DNA of 64,000 nt from a virus (lineage: Duplodnaviria > Caudoviricetes). Positions 29,103 through 39,695 of this stretch are shown here, piece by piece. The position numbers and the translations under genes are program-made. The notes below the pieces were generated by a model. It was not told the origin of the DNA and did no database searches. It saw nothing but the letters and a program-made list of their open reading frames with translations. The DNA lies in IMG/VR virus record IMGVR_UViG_3300014204_000012, positions 1 to 64,000 of that record; one strand, given 5' to 3'. Within the stretch, counting starts at the first letter, position 1; each line of letters starts with the position of its first letter.

Positions 29103-29897
29103 ATGGAAGAAGGATTACGATATAACGAAGGTAAGACCAGATACGATCTTCTGCCTCCTTTTGCAGTTGACCAGTGTGCCCGTGTGTTTACCTTCGGTGC
29201 CACAAAGTACGCCGAACGTAACTGGGAGAAGGGCATGAAGTGGAGCAACGTGTTGGCGTCTCTTAAACGCCACATTGCCGCCATTGAACGTGGTGAAGAC
29301 TACGATAGTGAAACCGGTTTGCTCCATGCCGCACACGCCATGTGTAATACTGCGTTCCTAACGGAGTACTACAAAATATACCCCCAGGGTGACGATAGGC
29401 CACATACTTATCTCCACAGGCCAAAGATAGGTCTTGACATTGATGAAATCTTGTCGGACTGGGTGAGGGCGTGGACTGATCACTTTGATATGCCTATACC
29501 AGACTCGTGGAACTTCGACCGTGAAATAAAGGCCAAGTTCGACCAGATGAAAGATAATAAGGAATTCTGGTTATCCATACCCATAAAAACCCAACCTAAA
29601 GACATTCCTTTTGAACCACACTGTTATATTACATCTCGATCAATACCTGTTGATTGGACGATAGAGTGGCTTGATCTTAACGGGTTCCCCACGGCTCCGG
29701 TGTACTCCGTGAAGTTCGGTGAAAGTAAGATTGACGTTGCTAAGTCAAGCGGTATTGACATCTTCGTTGACGACTGCTTTCAGAACTTCGTGGAACTCAA
29801 CAATGCCGGTGTGTGCTGTTTCCTGTTTGACGCACCCCACAACCAGCGTTACGCTGTTGGTTTTAAAAGAATACATTCACTTAGGGAAATTTTATGA
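29103..29897 (+). CDS. dATP/dGTP diphosphohydrolase (DUF5664-like) fused to HAD 5'-nucleotidase (264 aa)
   Basis: GLRYNEGKTRYDLLP..GATKYAERNWEKG..SLKRH..D.ETGLLHAAHA; then GLDIDEIL..YITSR..IFVDD. Confidence 0.8.
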   Translation: MEEGLRYNEGKTRYDLLPPFAVDQCARVFTFGATKYAERNWEKGMKWSNVLASLKRHIAAIERGEDYDSETGLLHAAHAMCNTAFLTEYYKIYPQGDDRPHTYLHRPKIGLDIDEILSDWVRAWTDHFDMPIPDSWNFDREIKAKFDQMKDNKEFWLSIPIKTQPKDIPFEPHCYITSRSIPVDWTIEWLDLNGFPTAPVYSVKFGESKIDVAKSSGIDIFVDDCFQNFVELNNAGVCCFLFDAPHNQRYAVGFKRIHSLREIL

Positions 29898-30039
29898 AAA
29901 CATTGATAAAAAGATTATATAGTGTTTTTTTAATGCCTTATTTGGAAAGAGACAGGTACTTTGAAGAACTTGTTAATGAAACAGAAATAGAGTGTAGTTT
30001 TATAGCAAGAAAAATATTACTTGACAAAAACAAAGGAAA

Positions 30040-30849
30040 ATGTGTAAAATCATAGCCTGGTGGAGTGCTGGTATTACTTCCTCTGTGGCTTGTAAGATTG
30101 CATTGGAATTGTACCAAAATGTTGAGCTTTATTATATTTATATTGACACAGCACACGAAGATAATGCAAGGTTTAAAGCAGATTGCGAACGCTGGTATGG
30201 TTGCGAAATTAAAACTTTAAAAAGTAAAGAATTTAACAACCAATTTGATGTAATTGAAAAAACAGGAGCCGTAAATACTCCGACAGGTGCGCCGTGTACC
30301 TTGCATTTAAAGAAAAAAGTTCGTTTTGACTTTGAAAGGTTAAACGAATTGAGCCTTTTTAATACCCAAACTATCACGGGTCAGGTTTGGGGTTACGAAT
30401 ATGAACCAAAGGAAATAAACCGTGCAATTAGGCACTTACAACAATATCCAGATACAAAACCATTGTTCCCATTAATTGAAAGGGGATTGACAAAAGAAAT
30501 GTGTGCTGGCTTATTATTAAAAAATGGTATTGAATTGCCTGAAATGTACAAACTTGGCTACTCGAATAATAATTGCATTGGATGCGTGAAAGGAGGCAAA
30601 GGATATTGGAACAAGATTAAAACCGATTTTCCACCTATTTTTAAGCGTATGGCGGATTTAGAACGCAGGGTAGGATATTCATGTATCAATGGTTTATTCC
30701 TAGATGAACTCACGCCAGAAATGGGTAGGGCAAAGCATGAAATAATGCCAAACTGCGGAAATATCTGTGAGGTTGAATTTGCAGATATTCCAGATAAAAA
30801 CTTGCAGGAAATATTGTCAGGTCGTAAAAGTATTTACGAAATTGCTTAG
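30040..30849 (+). CDS. PAPS-reductase-like adenine nucleotide alpha-hydrolase (269 aa)
   Basis: Divergent PP-loop WWSAGITS; APCTLHLKK; NNNCIGCVKGGKGYW. Confidence 0.75.
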   Translation: MCKIIAWWSAGITSSVACKIALELYQNVELYYIYIDTAHEDNARFKADCERWYGCEIKTLKSKEFNNQFDVIEKTGAVNTPTGAPCTLHLKKKVRFDFERLNELSLFNTQTITGQVWGYEYEPKEINRAIRHLQQYPDTKPLFPLIERGLTKEMCAGLLLKNGIELPEMYKLGYSNNNCIGCVKGGKGYWNKIKTDFPPIFKRMADLERRVGYSCINGLFLDELTPEMGRAKHEIMPNCGNICEVEFADIPDKNLQEILSGRKSIYEIA

Positions 30850-30881
30850 TATAAGAAGATACATTCGCTAAAGGAACTCGT

Positions 30882-31295
30882 ATGAAGAAAGACAGTAAAT
30901 TAAGTATTGGTTTATTTCAGGAAATACCACTTTATCCCACGCTTTTTAAGGTTGATGTCTGGGTGTGCAATGACCTTGATAACCTCAGTGTTTACTTTCA
31001 CAACCGCTACGGTAGAAGTGTTGAATATTACAAAGAGGAACTTACACCTAATCAAGTGTCAAGTATTGAAACAGGTGACCTGTGTGAGTTGAAGAACGAA
31101 ACCCGCATCGTAATGAACGTGTATTCCTTTAATCTTTCCATAATGGTACACGAACTGAACCACGTTGTTTATCATTTGTCAAAACACTGCGGATTGGAAA
31201 CAAACTATGAAAGTCAGGAGTGGGTGAGTTATATGTTGGAATACCTTGTTGTGAGATGCAGTGATCGTGCCAACTTTAAACCGTGTGTGATATGA
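30882..31295 (+). CDS. HExxH zincin-like protein (137 aa)
   Basis: MVHELNHVVYH...ESQE. Confidence 0.55.
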   Translation: MKKDSKLSIGLFQEIPLYPTLFKVDVWVCNDLDNLSVYFHNRYGRSVEYYKEELTPNQVSSIETGDLCELKNETRIVMNVYSFNLSIMVHELNHVVYHLSKHCGLETNYESQEWVSYMLEYLVVRCSDRANFKPCVI

Positions 31296-31654
31296 ACCCC
31301 AAAGTAAACATCGAACAATTCTTTGTGAAAGACAACACCTGTCGTGGTGATGGCAAAATATGGGAATCCGGAACCTTATTTGCTGCCGTAAAAAACTTAC
31401 CAGTTTTCGATCTTCAGTTGGCTGCGTTGAACCTCGATATTCCATTTTCCAGTTCAAGTACGTTGTCTCTTTTTCTATATCAGGCACAACGAGTAAAAGA
31501 TGCAGACCTGTCTTATCCTATTATTCAGGCTCCGGATGGTTGGATAATGGATGGTCTTCACCGTGTTGCCAAAGCCATTTTAGAAGGTCACACCACCATT
31601 AAGGCAGTACGGTTGCCCGTGTTGCCCGATCCCGATAGAATCGAAAAAGAATGA
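31292..31654 (+). CDS. ParB/Srx-like domain protein
   Basis: DLSYPIIQAPDGWIMDGLHRVAKA; ATGA overlap at 31292. Confidence 0.7.
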   Translation: MNPKVNIEQFFVKDNTCRGDGKIWESGTLFAAVKNLPVFDLQLAALNLDIPFSSSSTLSLFLYQAQRVKDADLSYPIIQAPDGWIMDGLHRVAKAILEGHTTIKAVRLPVLPDPDRIEKE

Positions 31655-32518
31655 ATGTTGACAAATTAGAATCAGTACTCACCGAAATCGGGTGTAAGTA
31701 TGAAAAAATAAACGAACATAGACGTTTCCCCCTAATAGAATACGATGCGTATTTAAAACTTAAAAGCGGATTTGGTAATCCTCTATATTGTAAGTTTTAT
31801 TTTCTAAAAGGTAGGTTCACCGGATACGGGTGTTGGGAAGACTGATCCCCGTGTATTTAAACTAAAAACAAGTAAATATGAGTAAGATTATTTTAAAAAA
31901 GGATTTAATAATTCCGGCAGGAACAGTTTTTGAAAACTGCGACGGATTAACAACCCGGTTTGGTTCTGATAACTTTGAGGCATTTCAAGGAACCGGTAAA
32001 GATGGTGTAATTACCATTTATATTGATAAGGAAACTAATTCAGATAATCCCAATCAGTTTGAATTTGTTCCTTGATAAAACCAGTGTGTTAAAATAGTAA
32101 AGCCACAACATGAAAAAATAGTATGTATACAATAAGCGAAATTCAATCCCGGCGTGATGTTAAATACATAAACATCCCCAATATATGTTTTTCCATAACA
32201 AGTAAAGATGATTCGAGAGAAGAATCGTTTAGCATACAACGTAAAATATATGGCTTTGACGATTCCGAAACATGGAGTCTTACAGATACTTTATGTAACT
32301 TCATCTTACCCAGATTAAAACGATTCAGGGAAATTAATAACGGTTTCCCGTATGGTCTTACATTCTCGTCCTGGTGTGATATAATTGATAAAATTATTCT
32401 TTCCCTTGAGCTAATATCAAGAGACAGCGGTTCTCAAGTGTGGAACAAAGAAGAACAATCACAGATCACAGAAGGTCTTGATTTGTTTCGTGAATACTTC
32501 TTGTCTTTGTGGTGGTGA
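31651..32518 (+). other. Three hypothetical CDS (31651-31845, 31878-32075, 32123-32518)
   Basis: ORF track. Confidence 0.6.
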
Positions 32519-32625
32519 AAAAGTAGTCGCTAATTGCAGCATGGGTGGTAAAAAAGTGGTCGGAGTGTGGGTAGTAAAAAACTGGTCGCTAAGGGGAGTT
32601 GGTAAAAAAGTAGTCGCTAAGGGGA
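32511..32625. repeat. Four degenerate direct repeats, consensus GGTRGTAAAAAAGTRGTCGCTAA
   Basis: Copies start at about 32511, 32544, 32570 and 32598. Confidence 0.8.
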
Positions 32626-32864
32626 CACTGGTTAACATTATCGACCGGCACCGCCCCCGGGCGACTTCCGAAACCGCGACACCGGCACATCGAATTTCAA
32701 ACTTAAACAACCAGTACAAAATAAAAGCGGATCATTCATCCAGGCACCTGGACACACAATAAAGCGACACACAGAAGACGCAACTCAATCAACAACGCAA
32801 AGGGGAAATCATTGTAATTAATCCATTCCCCGGATAGGAGAAAGCCCCACAACGTCACCGCAGA

Positions 32865-32935
32865 CCTTACAATCAACGATCGTACTAAAGTGACACAAAT
32901 ACCCACTTCGTACGTTAAAGTCGTCATACAGCCCC
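32865..32935 (-). repeat. Dispersed element, copy 3
   Basis: Reverse complement GACGACTTT..AAGTGGGTATTTGTGTCACTTT..TTGATTGTA. Confidence 0.6.
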
Positions 32936-32997
32936 ACAGTGCCCCCAGAATGGCGATATGTTTGACAGCATAAACACGTAAAATAGTTATTGAATTG

Positions 32998-33057
32998 TTT
33001 GCACGTGTGAAAACTTGTTTGTTAATTTGATTCATAATTTAAAAACTTATACAAATG
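32998..33057 (+). promoter_or_regulatory. Early promoter/leader TTTGCACGT-N15-TTAATTTGATTCATAATTTAAAAACTTATACAAATG
   Basis: Near-duplicate at 34768-34827. Confidence 0.75.
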
Positions 33058-33920
33058 AAATGTACTGCTTACGGTTGCAAACATGAAGCAACGAGAGAAA
33101 TAAAAACATTATGGGGAAAAAAAGAGGTGATTGGATTCTGTGAAAAACACACCCCTAATTTTCTTACTGATCTTAAAATCGGTGAAATATCACAGCCGTC
33201 AACGGTGTGTGGAATTACGCAAAGTTGGTATCAAAGAGTTAAATAATCATTAAAATTTACTGATATGAAAAATTTAAGTAAACTATCAAAAAAAGCAACG
33301 GAGTTCTGCGAACTGTCAGGGTTCGACGTTGACGCCGTGAAGTCGCATATGAGATACGGTTGTTTTAATATTCAGAAATGCGAAACGAAAAAAGAGATGA
33401 AGGACGCCGGTGTTGATTTTTCTTATCCCTATGTAATCTGGAATCCTTACAGTTTATCTTTAACCGATTAAAATAAAACAAGATGGAAACTTTTGAATTT
33501 AATGGATTGTATTTTTATGAAGGAACGTCAGAAGGCGTAATGAAAGTTATCTGCAACAATTTACACGGGGATCGTCTCCGTATCTGGTTTGGTGACAAAG
33601 TTACCGGTAAAAGCTGGGACGAGGAGAACGATGTTTGCGGTTACATTGGAAGAACGACAGGAAATAAACCTATATCCATCCTGTTAAATAATCAACAGAG
33701 TTCCGGGGGAGGTGCGATTTTAACGAATTGTATTGTTAAGATTGTAAACACGAAGACGAAACGGGTTTTATATCAGCATCCCAACTTTTCACAGTCTTTG
33801 TTTACCGCCGTTGGTTGTTCTGTATTACAAGACGGAGACACATTTGCACCCAACTGTAAAAGCGAAGTTTCAGCTCAAAGATTAGCCGACTTTATGAACG
33901 GTAAAAGAATGTCAAAATAA
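33055..33920 (+). other. Early-type CDS 33055-33246, 33265-33471, 33483-33920
   Basis: Small ORFs after the conserved promoter, ended by terminator 33946. Confidence 0.65.
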
Positions 33921-33945
33921 CACAAAACAAACAACAATTTAAACG

Positions 33946-33969
33946 AGCCGGGTAATACCGGCTTTTTTA
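33946..33969 (+). terminator. Intrinsic terminator
   Basis: AGCCGG-GTAATA-CCGGCT plus TTTTT. Confidence 0.85.
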
Positions 33970-34109
33970 TTGCCAAAATATCAAATTGCAATCGTTTTAT
34001 ACTATTTTGGTTACATGTCGTTATCTCCGCTCGGGAGGCAAATATCAAATTGATACTTTTACCCCAGTATTTTGTTACATATTGGCAGTTGGGCATTGCG
34101 TTACTTTGA

Positions 34110-34166
34110 TGGATTTGTTAGAGCGGATAAATGTATGTCTTCAGGGTGAAAGTGGCCGTAAAGGGC
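34110..34166 (+). repeat. Dispersed element, copy 4 (left arm degenerate)
   Basis: GGATAAATGTATGTC..GGTGAAAGTGGCCGTA; matches 36176-36191 at 15/16. Confidence 0.6.
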
Positions 34167-34767
34167 TGTGAATAGGCTTAAATCGGCTAATTTACGTTGT
34201 CTCTTTGGTGCTCAAAAAGGTGTTTATGGCTTTTGACCCCCTGGTTTTATGTCTGCAAACTGAATGAACAAACTTTGTTCATAACTGTTAGTTTGTTGTT
34301 AGTTCGTTTTCATTGTGAGTTGAATAATTATCTCATTGTGAACTATTAATTGAATTCTTTCCAATGTTTAGTTCATATATTAATCACTATCAAAAAGTTA
34401 TCGGAGTAAACACGGTATGCAACCCTGTTTGAGTTCATCCGACGCCCCCACCCCCTATCCTATCTGGTCTGTTTATAGTTATAAAAGGGGATGTTTAGGG
34501 AAAAATACACACGGTGCACACTTCGCCACCTGGATAACCTCGTCAAACTTTCGAATATTTCAACAATTTTGTTTTGAGAAATGTAGCTACTATAAATATA
34601 GTAGTTCAGCATTAGATATTAAGTAAGTAAGTAATATAATAATATATTTAAAATATAATATAAATAAATATAATATATATATATAAACACTGTATTTATT
34701 TCTTTTCTTTATGTCACTTTCTTTTCTTTGCACATGTTTTATAACACAAAAAATAATCACCAAAATA

Positions 34768-34827
34768 TTTGCACGTTAAAAAAATTATTCATTACTTTGA
34801 TTCATAATTTTAAAAACTATACAAATG
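34768..34827 (+). promoter_or_regulatory. Early promoter/leader, second copy
   Basis: TTTGCACGT-N15-TTACTTTGATTCATAATTTTAAAAACTATACAAATG. Confidence 0.75.
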
Positions 34828-36126
34828 ACACGATTTAGAATTGCAGAAAGTGATATCGTTAAAGCAACGGCGTCTGGTAATAGGAGGTTAATAGCCTCCT
34901 TGTATGATTCGGGTTTCACAACTATACAGGGCGTAATTTCGTCTCTTAATCGTAAAATTCCGTATTACGGAGGAAACCGGATAGAATATAACATTACCAT
35001 TCCGGAAAAAATGAAGTCAATATATGTTACACGGAAGGTCAATTAATTTAAAATAATTACTAAAATTTACGATCATGGAAAGAACTAAAACACAAATAAA
35101 AGCCCGGAAATCTTTTGATTACCAATGTAACAAGGCTTCAAAGTGCAGACATGAAAGATTTAAAGAATCCTGTTTTATTTGCCCGTTTGAAAAAACGTGT
35201 GAAATCCAAAAAGCGATTGAAACGGCAAGGAGTAAAATGTATTAATTTTTAAAATTTGATATTATGAAAACCTTAAAACAAGTATTAAAAGAAAATTCTG
35301 ATTACAGAGCATTAATTAATGCTGTAATATCCCGGATCGGGATAGAAAGCGTATCGGATGTAAACAATTTCGGTATTAATGGCGGTTTTTCTGGGTTTAT
35401 TTACTACTCAGAAACCCATGAATTCGCGATGAAATACCGGAAATACATTATTCCCATGTTGGAAGAAATGGCGGATCAGTTGGGAGAAGATGTTATTGAA
35501 ATGGTGTCCTGTTTTGGTGTATTTCGTAATTCACCAATAGACAAAGAAGATAAAAGGGACCTATACCGTTATCTGGGCGGGTCTAAATGTGATCAGTCGC
35601 AGATAACGAATGTTATGGCCTGGTTTGCCGCTGAAGAGGTTTGCAGAATGTTTGAAGAATAGGCTTAATCTGTCAAAGCGGTGTTTCCGGGGATCGCACC
35701 CGGAAAGCCACAAGGTTTAATTTTAAAAATTTACTACAATGAAAAATGAATTTAAGGAAATTGAGGGATATGTTTGTGCAACTTGCGGACAGGAATACAA
35801 ACACATACCGAATATCTGTGATTGTGGGCAAATTTCCTGTTTAGGAAATTTTAAACCCGTTTATGTTGTTCCCTTAGATGATCGTGGGTGGGAGTGTATT
35901 AATATCAATCTATTTGATTATCCCGCATATGCCATCAAAAATGCAACAAGGGGAACATACAGTGAAGAATATGGAGATCCTAATCTTAAAAAAATATGGG
36001 TTTCATCCGATTTTAATGGTGTTATTTTGGTAAAACACAGAAATGATCTTAGCCAATGGATCAAAGTGTTTTAATCTTGTATAAAATAAAAGAATATAAT
36101 ATATACCCGTTATTTTACACCTGACA

Positions 36127-36207
36127 GCGTTTTTAAGACACTTTTACCCAAAGTGGGTAATTTATATCATTCACCGGTGAAAGTGTCCGTAGAACGCCCA
36201 CAGGGGC
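36127..36207 (+). repeat. Dispersed element, copy 5
   Basis: Perfect GACACTTT-N35-AAAGTGTC arms; inner TTACCCA/TGGGTAA and TCACCGGTGA dyads. Confidence 0.75.
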
Positions 36208-36968
36208 AAAATTGAGGAGATGAATTGATAACTTTAAAAAATATAATCAATGAATAAATTTGTTAATTTCTTAATAGGACAAACTATCAATTTTATTGAT
36301 GAGGAAAACAAGATGAACGAAGAGTTTAAGAAGAGGGCGGAATCATCCCGCGTAAAATATTGGGATGCTTGCAAATATCCCAGGAAGAAGAAAAAGCAAA
36401 TAAGAAAGGAAGCATTATTAGATTATAGTTTTTATATGGCTATGTCTAAACCCGTATTGGGTAATTTTTAAATAATTTATACAATGAAAAAACCACTATT
36501 TATTTTAACATTCATCTTTGCAGGGGCGACCCTGTATGTAACTACGCTTTTCGTTCACATTACCACAGCCGAAGCATTAACGGCGGTAGTTGGGTACGCA
36601 ATTCTGTGGGCGATGTTTTTTAAGATTGTGTCCTTTGTGGCACAGGAATACAAACCGGAAAGAAACGAACGTACATTCCCCAGACCGGGAGTGTGGAATA
36701 AAGAACTTGAATGACAGAAAGAATCCTGGCCAACCTCCTATTAGATAGGAAGGGGGCAAATTTGGCAGTTACCTGTAATTGCAGGATGATACAGAACTTC
36801 ACACCGGGGGATTGCGTTGTGGTGTCCTCGCTGGTGTTCCCTTGCCTTACCCGTGTTGAACCCGCAAGGGTACTGAGTTGGGTACGTGAAAACTTACCAC
36901 AGATAAAACCCGGTGGTTACTTCCTTATCAATAAAAACGTGTTTTATGCTGTAAAACATGTTTGAAAA

Positions 36969-37000
36969 CTTGTATATCTGAAAGGGAATTATTTATTTTG
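36969..37000 (+). promoter_or_regulatory. Promoter CTTG-N20-TTATTTTG
   Basis: Same spacing as the early promoters; ATG 37016. Confidence 0.5.
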
Positions 37001-37317
37001 TAAAAAAATATAATTATGAAAAGGTTGTTAAATTTTATCAAGTCCATATTCGGCAACGATGAGCCAAAAATACAAAAACAAGAACCGATCACAAAGAGTT
37101 TCACCCTGCCACAACGGGCTCACTTACCTGCTGTAAAACGTACTCACAACAATCTGAAGAGAACTACGGGGCGTAAAATCCAGGTGATACAGGTAGTGAA
37201 GAAACCCAGTCACTTTTTTGATATGCCACAATTTGACGGAGAAAAGTCCGTTCCGGTGTGGGTTTCTGCTAAATTTAAAACAAAAGTAATATTTCACTGA
37301 TTTTAATAGTTGTAATT

Positions 37318-38118
37318 ATGAAAACAAATAATTTCAAATTGTTTAGGGTTTTATTATTGGCTGGTTTATTAAAGGAAAATATTAGGCGTGCTGACCTGAG
37401 CGGTGCTAACCTGGGAGGTGCTAACCTGAGCGGTGCTGACCTGAGCGATGCTAACCTGAGCGGTGCTGACCTGAGCGATGCTAACCTGAGCGATGCTGAC
37501 CTGGGCGGTGCTAACCTGAGCGATGCTAACCTGAGCGATGCTAACCTGAGCGGTGCTAACCTGAGCGGTGCTAACCTGGGAGGTGCTAACCTGAGCTATG
37601 CTAACCTGAGCGATGCTAACCTGGGCGGTGCTAACCTGAGCTATGCTAACCTGAGCGGTGCTAACCTGAGCGGTGCTGACCTGAGCGATGCTAACCTGAG
37701 CGATGCTGACCTGGGCGGTGCTAACCTGAGCGGTGCTAACCTGAGCGATGCTAACCTGAGCGGTGCTAACCTGAGCGGTGCTATTTATGACGAACATACG
37801 TATTGTGTTTGCATAAACTGTCCCGAAGAAGGTTCTTTCATTGCATACAAGAAAGCACATGAAAAAATTGTTAAGTTACTTATCCCGGAAAAAGCTAAAC
37901 GTAGTTCTGCCACCTCCTTAAAGTGCAGGGCTAGCAAGGCTACGTGTTTGGAAATTGAAGGTGGATTAACAGAGGTTTCCTCTGATTACGATTCTAATTT
38001 TATTTATAGAGTAGGGGAAACGGTTGAGGTTACTGACTTTGATGAAAACCGTTGGAAAGAATGTTCCACTGGGATACATTTTTTTATGAACCGGGAACAA
38101 GCAAGACAATACTTATGA
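37318..38118 (+). CDS. Pentapeptide-repeat protein with DUF5758-like C-terminal domain (266 aa)
   Basis: 26 A(N/D)L(S/G)x repeats; C-terminus [24 protein letters not shown]. Confidence 0.9.
   Translation: MKTNNFKLFRVLLLAGLLKENIRRADLSGANLGGANLSGADLSDANLSGADLSDANLSDADLGGANLSDANLSDANLSGANLSGANLGGANLSYANLSDANLGGANLSYANLSGANLSGADLSDANLSDADLGGANLSGANLSDANLSGANLSGAIYDEHTYCVCINCPEEGSFIAYKKAHEKIVKLLIPEKAKRSSATSLKCRASKATCLEIEGGLTEVSSDYDSNFIYRVGETVEVTDFDENRWKECSTGIHFFMNREQARQYL
37390..37779 (+). repeat. 26 x 15-bp tandem repeat GCT(A/G)ACCTG(A/G)G(C/A)(G/T)(G/A)T
   Basis: Counted from sequence and translation. Confidence 0.95.
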
Positions 38119-38766
38119 TCAAAATTGATGAAAATTGGAATATTGAAACAGACTCTTACTGTTTCAAACTTATTCACACGTTTAAGTCCGGAAACATCCG
38201 TAAAAACGGTGAAGAGATAACTGGCAGGGATGAAACGTATCATCCAACACTTCGCAAGTGCCTTTTATGGTATTGTAACGAAGTAACGAAGGACTGCGAC
38301 GACATTAAGGCGGTGATTAAAAAGATTGACGAACTCAACGCCAAAATCGAATCGTTATGATACAGAATCTAAGAAACGCACTCGACAGCGGATACAGCGT
38401 TGTGAGTGCAACTATTAAGGATCGGAAATGCCGTGTAGTTGTGGAGAAGGATAATCCAACAGGAAAGGTTACACGGGTTTTCGTGGTGAGCTTGAATTAT
38501 GCAGACAGACTAAAATTGATATGATGAAAAAAGTAACATTCAAAACATTTCAGAAATTTATGAAAGAACACGACGCGTGGAATAAATACGTTGCAAATTT
38601 TGAACGTAGTCGTGGCAAACTTCCGGAATGTCATTTCATAAGAAGGGCCGGTAAGGATTCGTGGATTGATGGTGCATTTATTTGGGAGGGCACACCTGAA
38701 GAAAAGGAATATTGGAAACAAATAAATAGATTATGGCAGGATACGCTACAGTCTGTAAACGAATAG
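38115..38766 (+). other. Hypothetical CDS 38115-38360 and 38521-38766
   Basis: ORF track; starts refined by overlap. Confidence 0.6.
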
Positions 38767-39041
38767 ACGACAGCGCAAAACAGGGTGGCCGGTGGGTGTG
38801 TTTCTTCTGTGATCAACCACTTGGGAAACATGCTAGCCACCACCATCTAAAAGGCAGAGACGGAGACCTATTAACAGACGAAAAATACATCGTGCTTTCA
38901 CATCATAGATGCCACGTTGAACTGTGGCATGGTACACCACATTCCATACTTGAAAGTTACTGGTGGTGGGATGGTTTTCAACAACGACTAAAAAAGTTAC
39001 TAAATGAGGACACTAAAGGAATCACAGGACGTGGTGTTTGA
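38733..39041 (+). CDS. Small HNH-like nuclease (102 aa)
   Basis: CFFC..HHHLKGR..VLSHHRCH. Confidence 0.55.
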   Translation: MAGYATVCKRIDDSAKQGGRWVCFFCDQPLGKHASHHHLKGRDGDLLTDEKYIVLSHHRCHVELWHGTPHSILESYWWWDGFQQRLKKLLNEDTKGITGRGV

Positions 39042-39695
39042 AACCATAACGGAGATCAACAGACGGATTTTCAAATGCAACAACAGGGAGTTGAAAAATA
39101 AAATTATCCGTGATGTTTGCGAACGGAATGGTATCAGCGAGAAACACATTCGGGAAGTAATGCAGATTGAATTATGAAACATTTTGTATTCGCTGTAATT
39201 CTGGTTATATTCTGGTCGTTTGGCTGGATTGACGCATTCTGTTTGTTGTTTTTTCCCTGTGTGTGGGGGTTTGGTACTTTTATTCACCATGTTTTTAAAA
39301 GCAAATGAGAACATACTATCTATTCCACAACGAATTGAAACGCCAGCAAAAGGAGCTTATCGAATCCATGCTTTATAATGCAATTTGGATTTACTTACTA
39401 TTGTTTTTTCTTATTGTTTGCTTTATGTTTGTTGTGGTTGTGCTTTCGTTTTCAGAGTGGATGTGGGTTAAACCGGAGTGGTGATTATTAAACATATTTT
39501 TTATAACATAAAATTTTAAAACATGACAATTATTAACATTGGAACGAGCAAAAAAGATATCGTGAATGTAAAATTAGACAAAGAGTATAACGATATTTGT
39601 TTTAAGGATATTATTGATGTCGTTAAAAAAGAACTGGGAGATATACGGGGTATCAAAATATTTGGATGGGGTGAGGTAAAAAACGATAGCGAATA

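Larger units (their letters stand above)
34825..37300 (+). other. Early-type small CDS: 34825-35046, 35075-35245, 35264-35662, 35739-36074, 36250-36471, 36484-36714, 36711-36965, 37016-37300
   Basis: ORF track plus manual translation (35075-35245); shared AT-rich leaders such as TAAAATTT..ATG. Confidence 0.65.

Noticed and set aside
32511-32625. CRISPR mini-array
   Set aside because: Inter-repeat gaps are 0-10 nt, repeats are degenerate and non-palindromic, and no cas genes are present.
37369-37860. 163-aa antisense ORF (AQVS repeats)
   Set aside because: Shadow of the pentapeptide repeat, whose reverse complement lacks stops.
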